Source of the DNA: a virus
Length of the DNA: 39,044 nucleotides
Virus record (IMG/VR): IMGVR_UViG_3300045988_154294
Reading direction: 5' to 3' (one strand)
Shown: positions 1-8,091 of the stretch, piece after piece
Layout of the letters: each line of letters begins with the position of its first letter
Numbering within the stretch: the stretch's first letter is position 1
Made by a program: the position numbers and the translations under genes
The notes under the pieces: model-generated
The model's database searches: none
What the model was told of the DNA's origin: nothing
The model's input: only the letters and a program-made list of their open reading frames with translations

Positions 1-65
1 GCTTACGAGTACCTGATTTTGATGAGGAGAACACCAATGAAGACACAAAGCAACATGAATTTTGA
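1..65 (+). CDS. C-terminal tail of the gp4-like primase/helicase. It continues the CDS that starts at 37429 across the circular junction; 1..55 duplicates 38990..39044, so only 56..65 is unique.
   Basis: The reading frame from the window end runs on as ...RLRVPDFDEENTNEDTKQHEF and stops at TGA 63-65. The first 55 nt of the window are identical to the last 55 nt. Confidence 0.8.
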   Translation, partial: LRVPDFDEENTNEDTKQHEF

Positions 66-237
66 AAATGTTGTGGCTCATTTTGATAACTACTTGTATG
101 AGCTATACGATGAACTGAACATGTCATTACAGCAATCAGAGAAGCCATATGAAGCCTATGAAATTGCACTTCAAAAAACTTTATGGAATCGCATAGCGAC
201 TAAATGGTCTTTAATCAAAAGGAGCGAACAACAATGA
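37..237 (+). CDS. Hypothetical small protein at the position of T7 genes 4.3-4.7
   Basis: ORF in the track (19..237). I trimmed it to the ATG at 37, which follows a GAGGAG box at 24-29. It overlaps the helicase 3' end in another frame. No recognisable motif. Confidence 0.3.
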   Translation: MKTQSNMNFENVVAHFDNYLYELYDELNMSLQQSEKPYEAYEIALQKTLWNRIATKWSLIKRSEQQ

Positions 238-413
238 TGAATGCATTTTTTATTGAACTACTTGATTTTCTAATAGTAGCACTCAAGCATTGGCAAGTGA
301 AACTCATCAAGAAAAGAATCAAGAAGCTCAAATCGTATAACTCATGGCATTTTGACCAACAGGGACGTAATGACTTTGAGATTGAACGCTATGAGAAATT
401 CTTGAATAAGTAG
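234..413 (+). CDS. Hypothetical small basic protein
   Basis: ORF 204..413 trimmed to the ATG at 234, which follows an AAAGGAG box at 219-225. The ATGA overlaps the previous ORF. Lys-rich, no recognisable motif. Confidence 0.4.
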   Translation: MMNAFFIELLDFLIVALKHWQVKLIKKRIKKLKSYNSWHFDQQGRNDFEIERYEKFLNK

Positions 414-423
414 GTGAGTATGA

Positions 424-2295
424 TTGTTATTCTTTGATATTGAAACAGACGGTTTACTTGATACGGTCTCAACAGTGCACTGTATGGTAATCATCAATGA
501 TGCTGGTGAGGTCTTCACGTACAGACCAAACGAAATAGACAAAGGTATCAAGAAACTACTCAGTGGTGACCAGATATGTGGACATAACGTTATAGCATTT
601 GACTTACCAGTGCTTACCAAATTGTACGGTGTAGAGTTTGACCATGAGAAAGTGGTAGATACTCTTGTCTTATCCCGACTTGTCTACTCTAACATCAACG
701 ATTATGACGCCCCATTAGTAAGGCGTGGTATTCTTCCCAGTAATCTTTTTGGGCGCTTCAGCCTTAAGGCTTTTGGCTATCGACTAGGTAACCTAAAGGG
801 AACGTATGCTGAAGACAATGAAACAGCATGGGAAGCATTCAACGAGGATATGCTGGAATATTGCATTCAGGACGTTGAAGTTACAAAAGACCTTTACAAC
901 AAATTGGTCTCTAAGAATTTTACTGAACACGCAAGTGAAATAGAACATAAAGCTCAATGGCTATGTCAAAAAATGGAGCACAATGGCTTTTACTTTGACA
1001 TGACCAAGGCGCTGGAACTCAAGATGATACTTGAGAAAGAATACTTGCGTATCGTTGATGAACTTACTGAGTACGCTCCAAAGATACCTGATAAGGTATT
1101 TGTACCTAAGAGAGACAACAAGAGACTAGGGTATCAAGCCGGTGTAGCCATTCAGCGGTACAAAGAGTTTAACCCAAACAGTAGACAACAGTTGTATTAC
1201 ATACTGAATGACCATTATAAATACAAGTTTTTAGACTGTATGTATGACATTGAGGTAGACAACAATGGCGAGGAAAAGAGCCGTAAGTTGAAACTTAATG
1301 AAGAAACTCTCAAGGCAATCAGTAAAGACCAAAATGCTAATGATGAAGTAAAGAGCATAGCAGAACTCTATAGTAAGTCTTTCATGTTGTCTAAACGACT
1401 AGGACAGCTGGCTGAAGGTAAGAATGCGTGGTTGAAACTTGTAGGGAAAGACAACAAGATACACGGCAGAATTAACCCTAATGGGGCAGTCTCAGGACGA
1501 GCCACTCATAACAGCCCTAATGTAGCTCAAGTACCAGCAGTGAGTGCTGAATATGGTAAAGAATGTAGGGAACTATTTTGTGTACCAGAAGGCTGGTATC
1601 AGGCTGGCGTTGATTGTAGTGGACTGGAACTTAGGTGTCTAGCACATTATTTGTACCCTTATGACAACGGCGAGTATGCACACACAATTCTCAATGGAGA
1701 TATTCATACGGCTAACCAAAAGAATGCAGGGCTAGAAACAAGAAATCAAGCAAAAACATTTATTTACGCATTCTTGTATGGTGGTGGTAATGCAAAAATT
1801 GGTGAAATCGTTGGTGGTAGTGCAGAACATGGTAAAGCACTTAAAGACAAATTCTTAAAGAACACACCAGCAATCAAGCAGTTGTCTAGTGGAATCAAGA
1901 ACACACTAGCACCGTTCAGCATTGCTAGACATAAACGTGTCTGGAAACGGCGATATCTCATTGGACTTGACGGTAGACAACTACATGTACGGTCATTGCA
2001 CAGTGCATTGAACCTACTATTGCAATCAGCAGGGGCACTCATTTGTAAACGGTGGATAACACGCACAGAAGAACGCTTGACTGACTTAGGGTTAACTCAT
2101 GATTGGCACGGCGATTATGCAATGATGGCGTGGGTACACGATGAATTTCAATGTGCATGCAGAACCCAAGAGATAGCCGAAGTAGTCGTACGTGAAGCAC
2201 AAGAGGCAGTACGTGATGTACAGCACGAGTTTAACTTTAGAGTGCAACTTGATACTGAAGGTAAAATCGGTAGGAATTGGGCTGATTGTCACTAA
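424..2295 (+). CDS. Family A DNA polymerase, T7 gp5-like, with N-terminal 3'-5' exonuclease
   Basis: 623 aa. The N-terminus LLFFDIETDGL...HCMVII...YRPNEI...GHNVIAFDLPVLTKL aligns with T7 gp5 MIVSDIEANAL...HCGVIY...YRPSDF...FHNGHKYDVPALTKL. The only in-frame start after the TGA at 421-423 is TTG 424, which lies 6 nt after an AGGTGA box. Confidence 0.93.
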   Translation: MLFFDIETDGLLDTVSTVHCMVIINDAGEVFTYRPNEIDKGIKKLLSGDQICGHNVIAFDLPVLTKLYGVEFDHEKVVDTLVLSRLVYSNINDYDAPLVRRGILPSNLFGRFSLKAFGYRLGNLKGTYAEDNETAWEAFNEDMLEYCIQDVEVTKDLYNKLVSKNFTEHASEIEHKAQWLCQKMEHNGFYFDMTKALELKMILEKEYLRIVDELTEYAPKIPDKVFVPKRDNKRLGYQAGVAIQRYKEFNPNSRQQLYYILNDHYKYKFLDCMYDIEVDNNGEEKSRKLKLNEETLKAISKDQNANDEVKSIAELYSKSFMLSKRLGQLAEGKNAWLKLVGKDNKIHGRINPNGAVSGRATHNSPNVAQVPAVSAEYGKECRELFCVPEGWYQAGVDCSGLELRCLAHYLYPYDNGEYAHTILNGDIHTANQKNAGLETRNQAKTFIYAFLYGGGNAKIGEIVGGSAEHGKALKDKFLKNTPAIKQLSSGIKNTLAPFSIARHKRVWKRRYLIGLDGRQLHVRSLHSALNLLLQSAGALICKRWITRTEERLTDLGLTHDWHGDYAMMAWVHDEFQCACRTQEIAEVVVREAQEAVRDVQHEFNFRVQLDTEGKIGRNWADCH

Positions 2296-2492
2296 AGGAG
2301 AATCACATGTTATTAAAGACGGTAAAAGTAGAGGTGTCCTTTAAATTGGTACATGAATACACTATGGACGTATCAATTTATAGGGACAATGACTTAATTG
2401 CAAAGAGTGAAGAAGAATTTATTCGTAGAGAAATGAACGAGTTTGAACCTTATAAAGTTGACGAGTTTGATATTAAAGTTACTGATTATTAG
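2286..2492 (+). CDS. Hypothetical protein at the position of T7 genes 5.3-5.9
   Basis: 68-aa ORF with a GGAG box (AAAGGAGAATCAC) before its ATG. It overlaps the DNAP stop. No motif recognised. Confidence 0.45.
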   Translation: MSLKENHMLLKTVKVEVSFKLVHEYTMDVSIYRDNDLIAKSEEEFIRREMNEFEPYKVDEFDIKVTDY

Positions 2493-2503
2493 AAAGACAA
2501 CAA

Positions 2504-3241
2504 ATGACCAAACTTATTTTTGACGCTGACATGCTTTTGTATGTTGCATGTAATAGAAGTGAACAGGTAATCGAATGGGACGGTGGAATGTACACCCTTC
2601 ATTGTTTCTTTGATGATGTTAAAGAAGCTTTTGATGAACACGTTGAAGAACTGGTGGATTTAGTACTGGAACACTACAACATTAGTGGTGAATTTGAAAT
2701 TGTGATGTGTCTTAGCCACCCCGATAACTTTAGAAAGAAACTTGTGTCTTCTGATTACAAGGCTAATCGAAATACCTTACGAAGACCACTATGCTACAAA
2801 CCTATGCGTGAGTGGATAGCCAAAGAGTACAACACATTGATGTACCAAGGACTTGAAGCTGATGATGTTGTAGGTATCACCGTTGGTAAAAACGATGTAG
2901 CCATTAGTGGCGATAAGGACTTTCGATGTATTCCTTGTAAACAATATGACTTTATGCGTAATGAGTTTTATGAGGTAACACTTGAGGAAGCTAATTACTT
3001 TCATTTGTACCAAACGCTCATAGGAGATAGCACAGACGGCTACAAAGGTTGCCCTCATATTGGAGACGTAAGAGCAAGACGAATACTTGATGAAAGTCCA
3101 ACATGGGAAACAGTTGTTGATACCTATGAACGCAATGGAAGTACCGAGGAAGAAGCATTGAGAAACGCAAGGTTAGCTTTCATTTTACGTAAAGGCTATT
3201 ACAACAAGAAAACTAAAGAGGTGAGGTTATGGACACCGTGA
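2504..3241 (+). CDS. 5'-3' exonuclease, T7 gp6-like
   Basis: 245 aa. DYKANRN, EADDVVGI, SGDKDFRCIP, FHLYQTLIGDSTDGYKG and the ending RLWTP align with T7 gp6 NYKANRK, EGDDVMGV, SCDKDFKTIP, WHLFQTIKGDITDGYSG and LWRP. Confidence 0.9.
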   Translation: MTKLIFDADMLLYVACNRSEQVIEWDGGMYTLHCFFDDVKEAFDEHVEELVDLVLEHYNISGEFEIVMCLSHPDNFRKKLVSSDYKANRNTLRRPLCYKPMREWIAKEYNTLMYQGLEADDVVGITVGKNDVAISGDKDFRCIPCKQYDFMRNEFYEVTLEEANYFHLYQTLIGDSTDGYKGCPHIGDVRARRILDESPTWETVVDTYERNGSTEEEALRNARLAFILRKGYYNKKTKEVRLWTP

Positions 3242-3708
3242 TTAAAGACCACAAGTTAAGACACCCTGAAATTGAATATAGTCTCATTGCAGACAAATTT
3301 ATTGAGATAGCTAAGAAACAACAAGTGTGCAATCATTTGTTGTCTAAAAAGGCAATCGTACAGACCCTTCATGAAGTACAAGAGGCTGGTGCAATTCGTA
3401 CATGGTATGACAAAGATGACGAGCTTGTAGGTCTACTGATTTTTCAAGTTGGCGAAATATGGTGGAGTGAAAGCCGTGTAGTGACTGAAGAACTGGTCTT
3501 ATGCATGAAGCCTGAGTACGCTGGTATTCAACGAGAAGCAATGCGAGAATTAGACCGACTAGCGAACGCATGGAATGCTCAAATTATCATGAGTGGCAAC
3601 CTACTGGCAAGCAATAAGAAAGTTATTGAGAACGGCTACATGCGACACGGTGGCTTTCAATTGAAATCTAATGTGTTTCTAAAGGTAGTACGAGGTGAAA
3701 ATGATTAG
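3229..3708 (+). CDS. Hypothetical protein at the T7 6.5 position, possibly an acyltransferase-like fold
   Basis: 159-aa ORF overlapping the exonuclease stop. There is only a weak resemblance to GNAT-like sequence, and I did not assign a function. Confidence 0.4.
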   Translation: MDTVIKDHKLRHPEIEYSLIADKFIEIAKKQQVCNHLLSKKAIVQTLHEVQEAGAIRTWYDKDDELVGLLIFQVGEIWWSESRVVTEELVLCMKPEYAGIQREAMRELDRLANAWNAQIIMSGNLLASNKKVIENGYMRHGGFQLKSNVFLKVVRGEND

Positions 3709-3889
3709 TGATGAATTAGACTTCCCAAGAGTAGCGGAAGAACTTCCTGATTATATTATGAAGAATTTCAGCAATGAATACATCTTGAAAAAAGAAAGTA
3801 TGAGTGCTGAAGGTAAACTAGCGTGCATTATGATACGAGATGAAATTATCAACTATCTTAATGCCTGCATTGAAGAAAGGAGAGTGTAA
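3695..3889 (+). CDS. Hypothetical protein
   Basis: 64-aa ORF whose start overlaps the upstream stop. No motif recognised. Confidence 0.35.
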   Translation: MKMISDELDFPRVAEELPDYIMKNFSNEYILKKESMSAEGKLACIMIRDEIINYLNACIEERRV

Positions 3890-3891
3890 AT

Positions 3892-4164
3892 ATGGGTGGT
3901 GTTGGTAGAGCAATTGGTAAAGTTTTTAGACCAATTACCAAAGTAGTAGGTAGTGTCTTAGGTTTTGGTGGTCAAGGGGAAAGCAATCCTGTACAAATTC
4001 CACAGCCAACCGTAACGGCACAGCAGTTAGTCCCTCAGACAGAAGCAGTAACACCTGAAGCCCCTACTTTAGGTACTTCTAAGAAGAAAAATAAGATTAG
4101 TCGAAAGTCGCTCCTGATTGACCGTACAGGTTCTAATAGCGGCGGTACTGGTCTTAACGTATAG
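3892..4164 (+). CDS. Small virion/tail protein, T7 gp7.3/gp6.7-like
   Basis: 90 aa and Gly-rich, lying just upstream of the portal gene. The C-terminus KKKNKISRKSLLIDRTGSNSGGTGLNV resembles the T7 gp7.3 C-terminus ...GGKKSLSVARSSGGGINI as I recall it. Confidence 0.5.
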   Translation: MGGVGRAIGKVFRPITKVVGSVLGFGGQGESNPVQIPQPTVTAQQLVPQTEAVTPEAPTLGTSKKKNKISRKSLLIDRTGSNSGGTGLNV

Positions 4165-4173
4165 GGGTAGCTT

Positions 4174-5694
4174 ATGGCAGAAAAACTACAGTTAATTCCT
4201 GACGCTAAGTCAACGTTTAACAAGTTGAAAACTGATAGAGACCCATACACTCAACGAGCGGAAGCTAATGCTAAACTGACAATTCCTGCATTGTTCCCTA
4301 AAGAGAATGACAATGCTCAGACCAAATATGAGCAACCATATCAATCAGTAGGGGCACGAGGAATTAATAATTTGTCTAGCAAGTTGAACCTTGCACTGTT
4401 CCCACCAAACGAACGCTTTTTCAGACTAGGTATTTCACCTGCTGACCTGCAAGCTATGGGTGTAGACGAACAGCAAATGGCACAGGCTGACCAAGCGTTA
4501 ATGCGTATTGAAGAACGAGTGAATCGTTTCATTGAAGACAATCAAATCCGTATTACAGTCAATGAGTGTCTCTTGCAATTACTCATTGCGGGCAACTGCT
4601 TGTTATTCTTGCCGCCTGCTGAAGGCGGGGCACGCATGTACAACTTGAAACAATATGTTATCAGGCGTGACCCTTTAGGCAACGTGTTGCAAATCGTTAC
4701 GTTAGACAAAGTAGCTAAAATGGCACTACCTGAAGAACTTCAATCACTGGTAGCTGATAACAAGCCTGAAGATGACATTGAGGTCTACACGAAAATTCAG
4801 CGAAATGGAGATGAATGGGTCACATTTCAAGAAATCAACGAGAGTATCGTTCAGGGAAGCGAACAGAATTATCCAATTGATAAAGCCCCTTATATTCCAT
4901 TAAGAATGTCCAAACAAGACGGCGAAAGCTATGGGCGGTCTTTCATTGAGGAATACTATGGGGACTTATTGAGTTTAGAAAATATATCAAAAGCAATCTC
5001 ATTTGTTGCTATGGTATCTTCCAAAGTATTATTCCTTGTAAACCCTAATGGGTTAACGAGACCAAAGAAATTACAAGACGCTAAGAGTGGCGATTTTGTG
5101 ACAGGGCGTGCAGATGACGTACAAGCCCTACAACTAAGTAAATATCCAGACTTACAGATAGCCCTTCAATATCACGATAGATTGGAGCAACGGCTATCTT
5201 TTTCTTTTTTATTGAGCAGTGTAGTACAACGAAATGCTGAGCGTGTAACGGCTGAAGAAATTAGAACCGTTGCAAGTGAACTTGAAGATACCCTAGGCGG
5301 TATTTATAGCATTTTGTCTCAAGAACTACAATTGCCACTTATTAAGCGTATTATGGCGGTCTTAATGTCACAGGGTGAAATCGTACAGCTTCCTGATGGT
5401 GTAGTAGAGCCTACTATTACCACTGGTATGGAAGCATTAGGGCGTGGTCATGACTTTAACAAATATATGACCTTCCTAAGTGCAGTCGGTCAAATGCCTG
5501 AAGCATTACAAATGATGAACGTTAGCAACCTTGTAACAAGCATTGCAACAAGTCTAGGTATTGAAACTAGCGGGCTAGTGAAGACACAAGAAGAACTGCA
5601 AGCTGAACAAGAGCAGGCTATGGGTCAACAAGTAGCTATGCAAGCGGCTGAACAAGGACTACAACAGCAACCGTCACAGGGAGAGGAGATGTAA
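4174..5694 (+). CDS. Head-to-tail connector (portal) protein, T7 gp8-like
   Basis: 506 aa. It aligns along its length with T7 gp8: FPKENDNAQTKYEQPYQSVGARGINNL vs FPKDSDNASTDYQTPWQAVGARGLNNL, and ERVTAEEIRTVASELEDTLGGIYSILSQELQLPL vs ERVTAEEIRYVASELEDTLGGVYSILSQELQLPL. Confidence 0.95.
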   Translation: MAEKLQLIPDAKSTFNKLKTDRDPYTQRAEANAKLTIPALFPKENDNAQTKYEQPYQSVGARGINNLSSKLNLALFPPNERFFRLGISPADLQAMGVDEQQMAQADQALMRIEERVNRFIEDNQIRITVNECLLQLLIAGNCLLFLPPAEGGARMYNLKQYVIRRDPLGNVLQIVTLDKVAKMALPEELQSLVADNKPEDDIEVYTKIQRNGDEWVTFQEINESIVQGSEQNYPIDKAPYIPLRMSKQDGESYGRSFIEEYYGDLLSLENISKAISFVAMVSSKVLFLVNPNGLTRPKKLQDAKSGDFVTGRADDVQALQLSKYPDLQIALQYHDRLEQRLSFSFLLSSVVQRNAERVTAEEIRTVASELEDTLGGIYSILSQELQLPLIKRIMAVLMSQGEIVQLPDGVVEPTITTGMEALGRGHDFNKYMTFLSAVGQMPEALQMMNVSNLVTSIATSLGIETSGLVKTQEELQAEQEQAMGQQVAMQAAEQGLQQQPSQGEEM

Positions 5695-5697
5695 CAA

Positions 5698-6444
5698 ATG
5701 GCAGAAATTGAAATATCAACAGCTTCTAATCAAGAGACTTTGACAGTAGAAGCAGAACCACAATTGCCTGAGGGTACTCAAGAAGTAACAACAGAGACAA
5801 CTCAGGAAACAGACACACAGCAACAACAGGACGCACAACCTGAAGAAAATACAGCAGAGGAAACTGAGCTACAGTCCGTTCAAGAGGAAATGAATAGTCA
5901 AACTGAACTGGAGACCCAACTCAAAACTGAGCTTTCTGAAAAGGGAATCGACTTTGATGAAATCAGTAATGAGTACAACGCCAAGGGTGAATTGAGCGAG
6001 ACCACATTAAGCAAGTTGGAAAATGCAGGATATCCAAAGACAGCCATTCGAGCTTATTTAGACAATCTTGAATTGCGTGCTGAAAAGTTTGCAAATACTG
6101 TTTTGTCTTTTGCAGGCACAGAGGTGGACTTCCGTAATATCCAAGAGTTTGTACGAGCACAGGGGAATGAAGCCATGGACGCATTCAACGGTGTTCTTCA
6201 GACTGGCAACCTTGCAATTATTAAGGCTCACATCAATGGTCTTAAGGCACAAATGGGTAATTCCTATGGTACTGCTAAGCCAACCATTATGGGGAACGGC
6301 ACAGTGACTACAGGTACAACTCAGGGCTATCAATCTCAAAAAGAAATGGTAAAAGCCATCAGTGACCCAAGGTACTACGATGACAAGGTTTATCGTGCTC
6401 AAGTTGAAGCAAAAGTAAAAGCCACAGATTTTTCTAATTTATAA
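5698..6444 (+). CDS. Capsid assembly (scaffolding) protein, gp9-like
   Basis: 248 aa, very acidic with a Glu/Gln/Thr-rich N-terminal half. It lies between the portal and the major capsid gene, as in T7. Confidence 0.75.
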   Translation: MAEIEISTASNQETLTVEAEPQLPEGTQEVTTETTQETDTQQQQDAQPEENTAEETELQSVQEEMNSQTELETQLKTELSEKGIDFDEISNEYNAKGELSETTLSKLENAGYPKTAIRAYLDNLELRAEKFANTVLSFAGTEVDFRNIQEFVRAQGNEAMDAFNGVLQTGNLAIIKAHINGLKAQMGNSYGTAKPTIMGNGTVTTGTTQGYQSQKEMVKAISDPRYYDDKVYRAQVEAKVKATDFSNL

Positions 6445-6463
6445 GACAAAGGAGATTTAAGCA

Positions 6464-7453
6464 ATGGCAACAATTCAAGGAATTACTAAACAAGGTCAAG
6501 TGAAGAACACTGGCGATGAGTTACAAATGTTTCTTAAAGTGTTCAGTGGTGAGGTCTTAACGGCTTTCACACGTACTTCTAAAGTTATGAATAATCACAT
6601 GATTAAAACTATTTCTAGTGGTAAATCCGCTTCCTTCCCTGTAATGGGGCGTACAACCGCTAAGTACCTCAAAGTAGGTAATAGTCTTGATGACCAACGT
6701 ACGGCTATGGAACACAATGAACGAGTTATTAACATTGATGGTCTTTTGACAGCCGATGTTTTAATTAGTGACTTGTTTGAAGCAATGAATCATTTTGATG
6801 TTCGTTCTGAGTATGCGAATCAGTTAGGTGAAGCCCTTGCATTATCCGCTGATGGTGCAATGTTAGCAGAACTTGCAAAACTCACTCAGGAAACCAACGA
6901 AAACTACACTGGTGCAGGTAGCCCAGTTAAAATTGCTAAAACAGTGAAGGCTACTGGTATTAACCCTGAATATGGTGAAGCTATCGTTCAGTCTTTACTT
7001 GAACTTAAAGCTAAATTTAGTAATAACTATGTACCACCAACTGACCGTTTCGCATACATGAAACCTGAAGCTATCTCCGCAATTATTGCTAACAAGACAG
7101 CAATTGACCGTGACTATGGTGCAGTAGCTACTATTGTTGATGGTGATTTAACTAAGTTATGTGGGTTTAATATCGTTGAAGTACCACACTTAACCATTGG
7201 TGGTGCAGACAAAACTGGTATGGTGGGTACAGCCCCTCAGGGTCATGACTTCCCAACAGCATTGAAGAATGACGTTGCGTTCCTTGCTTGTCACCGCACA
7301 GCATTAGCAACCGTTAAACTTAAAGACCTTGCATTGGAACAGGCACGCCGACCTGAATACCAAGCAGACCAGATTATTGCAAAATATGCATTGGGACATG
7401 GCGGGTTACGCCCAGAAGCCAGTGCAATTTGTACAATCAAAGCTAGTGTTTAA
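6464..7453 (+). CDS. Major capsid protein, T7 gp10A-like
   Basis: 329 aa. FLKVFSGEVLTAFTRTS, ISSGKSASFPVMGRT, IDGLLTADVLISD and the C-terminus KDLALEQARRPEYQADQIIAKYALGHGGLRPEA match T7 gp10A almost residue for residue. Confidence 0.95.
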   Translation: MATIQGITKQGQVKNTGDELQMFLKVFSGEVLTAFTRTSKVMNNHMIKTISSGKSASFPVMGRTTAKYLKVGNSLDDQRTAMEHNERVINIDGLLTADVLISDLFEAMNHFDVRSEYANQLGEALALSADGAMLAELAKLTQETNENYTGAGSPVKIAKTVKATGINPEYGEAIVQSLLELKAKFSNNYVPPTDRFAYMKPEAISAIIANKTAIDRDYGAVATIVDGDLTKLCGFNIVEVPHLTIGGADKTGMVGTAPQGHDFPTALKNDVAFLACHRTALATVKLKDLALEQARRPEYQADQIIAKYALGHGGLRPEASAICTIKASV

Positions 7454-7469
7454 TCTAGTTTAACTTCAA

Positions 7470-7502
7470 GGGGGACTACTAAGTGGTCTCCCTATTTTTA
7501 TT
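7470..7502 (+). terminator. Rho-independent terminator after the capsid gene (T-phi-like position)
   Basis: GGGGGACTAC / GTGGTCTCCC form a 10-bp stem with two G-U pairs and a TAA loop, followed by TATTTTTATT. It sits in the 63-nt gap between the capsid and tail tube A genes. Confidence 0.7.
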
Positions 7503-7516
7503 GAAAGGACACAACT

Positions 7517-8089
7517 ATGATATTGACACCATTGACACCATTGGACGCTATCAATGAAATCTTAGCGGCTATTGGTGAAGCCCCTGTTGACACCATTGAA
7601 GACAGCGGCAGTATTGATGTAGACAATGCATATAGAATTCTCAAGAGCGTCAATAGACAAGTACAAATAGATGGCTATACGTTTAATACCGTTAGCAACT
7701 ACCAGATGAATCCTGATAGATTTACGAAAGAAATCGCATGGGACAGCACACTGTTACGAGTGAGCAGTAGTGAGGGGAACTTCCTTAGAAATCGTGGTGG
7801 TCTTGTGTATGACGTAACGAATAATACAGACAAATTTGATGGGTCTTTTGAAGTGGAAGCTATTGTGTTAGTACCATTTGAAGAACTTCCTGAAGCCTTT
7901 AGAGAGTACATCACAATCAAGAGTGCACGCTTGTTCGCTACTAGATATTTAGGTGACGAGTTGGCTATGAATGCACTCATGCAAGAAGAACAAGTAGCTA
8001 AAATTGCTGTCTTCAACTATGAGATTGACCTTGAAAAACCTTCTATGGCTAACAATACAGAAATCAGTAGTGACCTCAAGAGGACGTAA
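7517..8089 (+). CDS. Tail tubular protein A, gp11-like
   Basis: 190 aa. LDAINEILAAIGEAPVDTIE...ILKSVNRQVQIDGYTFN aligns with T7 gp11 [20 protein letters not shown]...ILNKINRQIQSRGWTFN. Confidence 0.9.
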   Translation: MILTPLTPLDAINEILAAIGEAPVDTIEDSGSIDVDNAYRILKSVNRQVQIDGYTFNTVSNYQMNPDRFTKEIAWDSTLLRVSSSEGNFLRNRGGLVYDVTNNTDKFDGSFEVEAIVLVPFEELPEAFREYITIKSARLFATRYLGDELAMNALMQEEQVAKIAVFNYEIDLEKPSMANNTEISSDLKRT

Positions 8090-8091
8090 TC

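Noticed and set aside
1895-1925. ACACACTA core inside the DNA polymerase gene (AAGAACACACTAGCACCG) as an internal phage promoter
   Set aside because: Only the 8-nt core matches. The TAATTG upstream element and the AGGAAG initiation region are absent.
1764-2066. Minus-strand ORFs nested inside large plus-strand genes (e.g. 1764..2066, 2092..2292, 4341..4541, 8998..9255, 14858..15271, 17479..17796, 31087..31329)
   Set aside because: They lie antisense to strongly conserved T7-like genes, have no RBS and show no motif. These are chance open frames.
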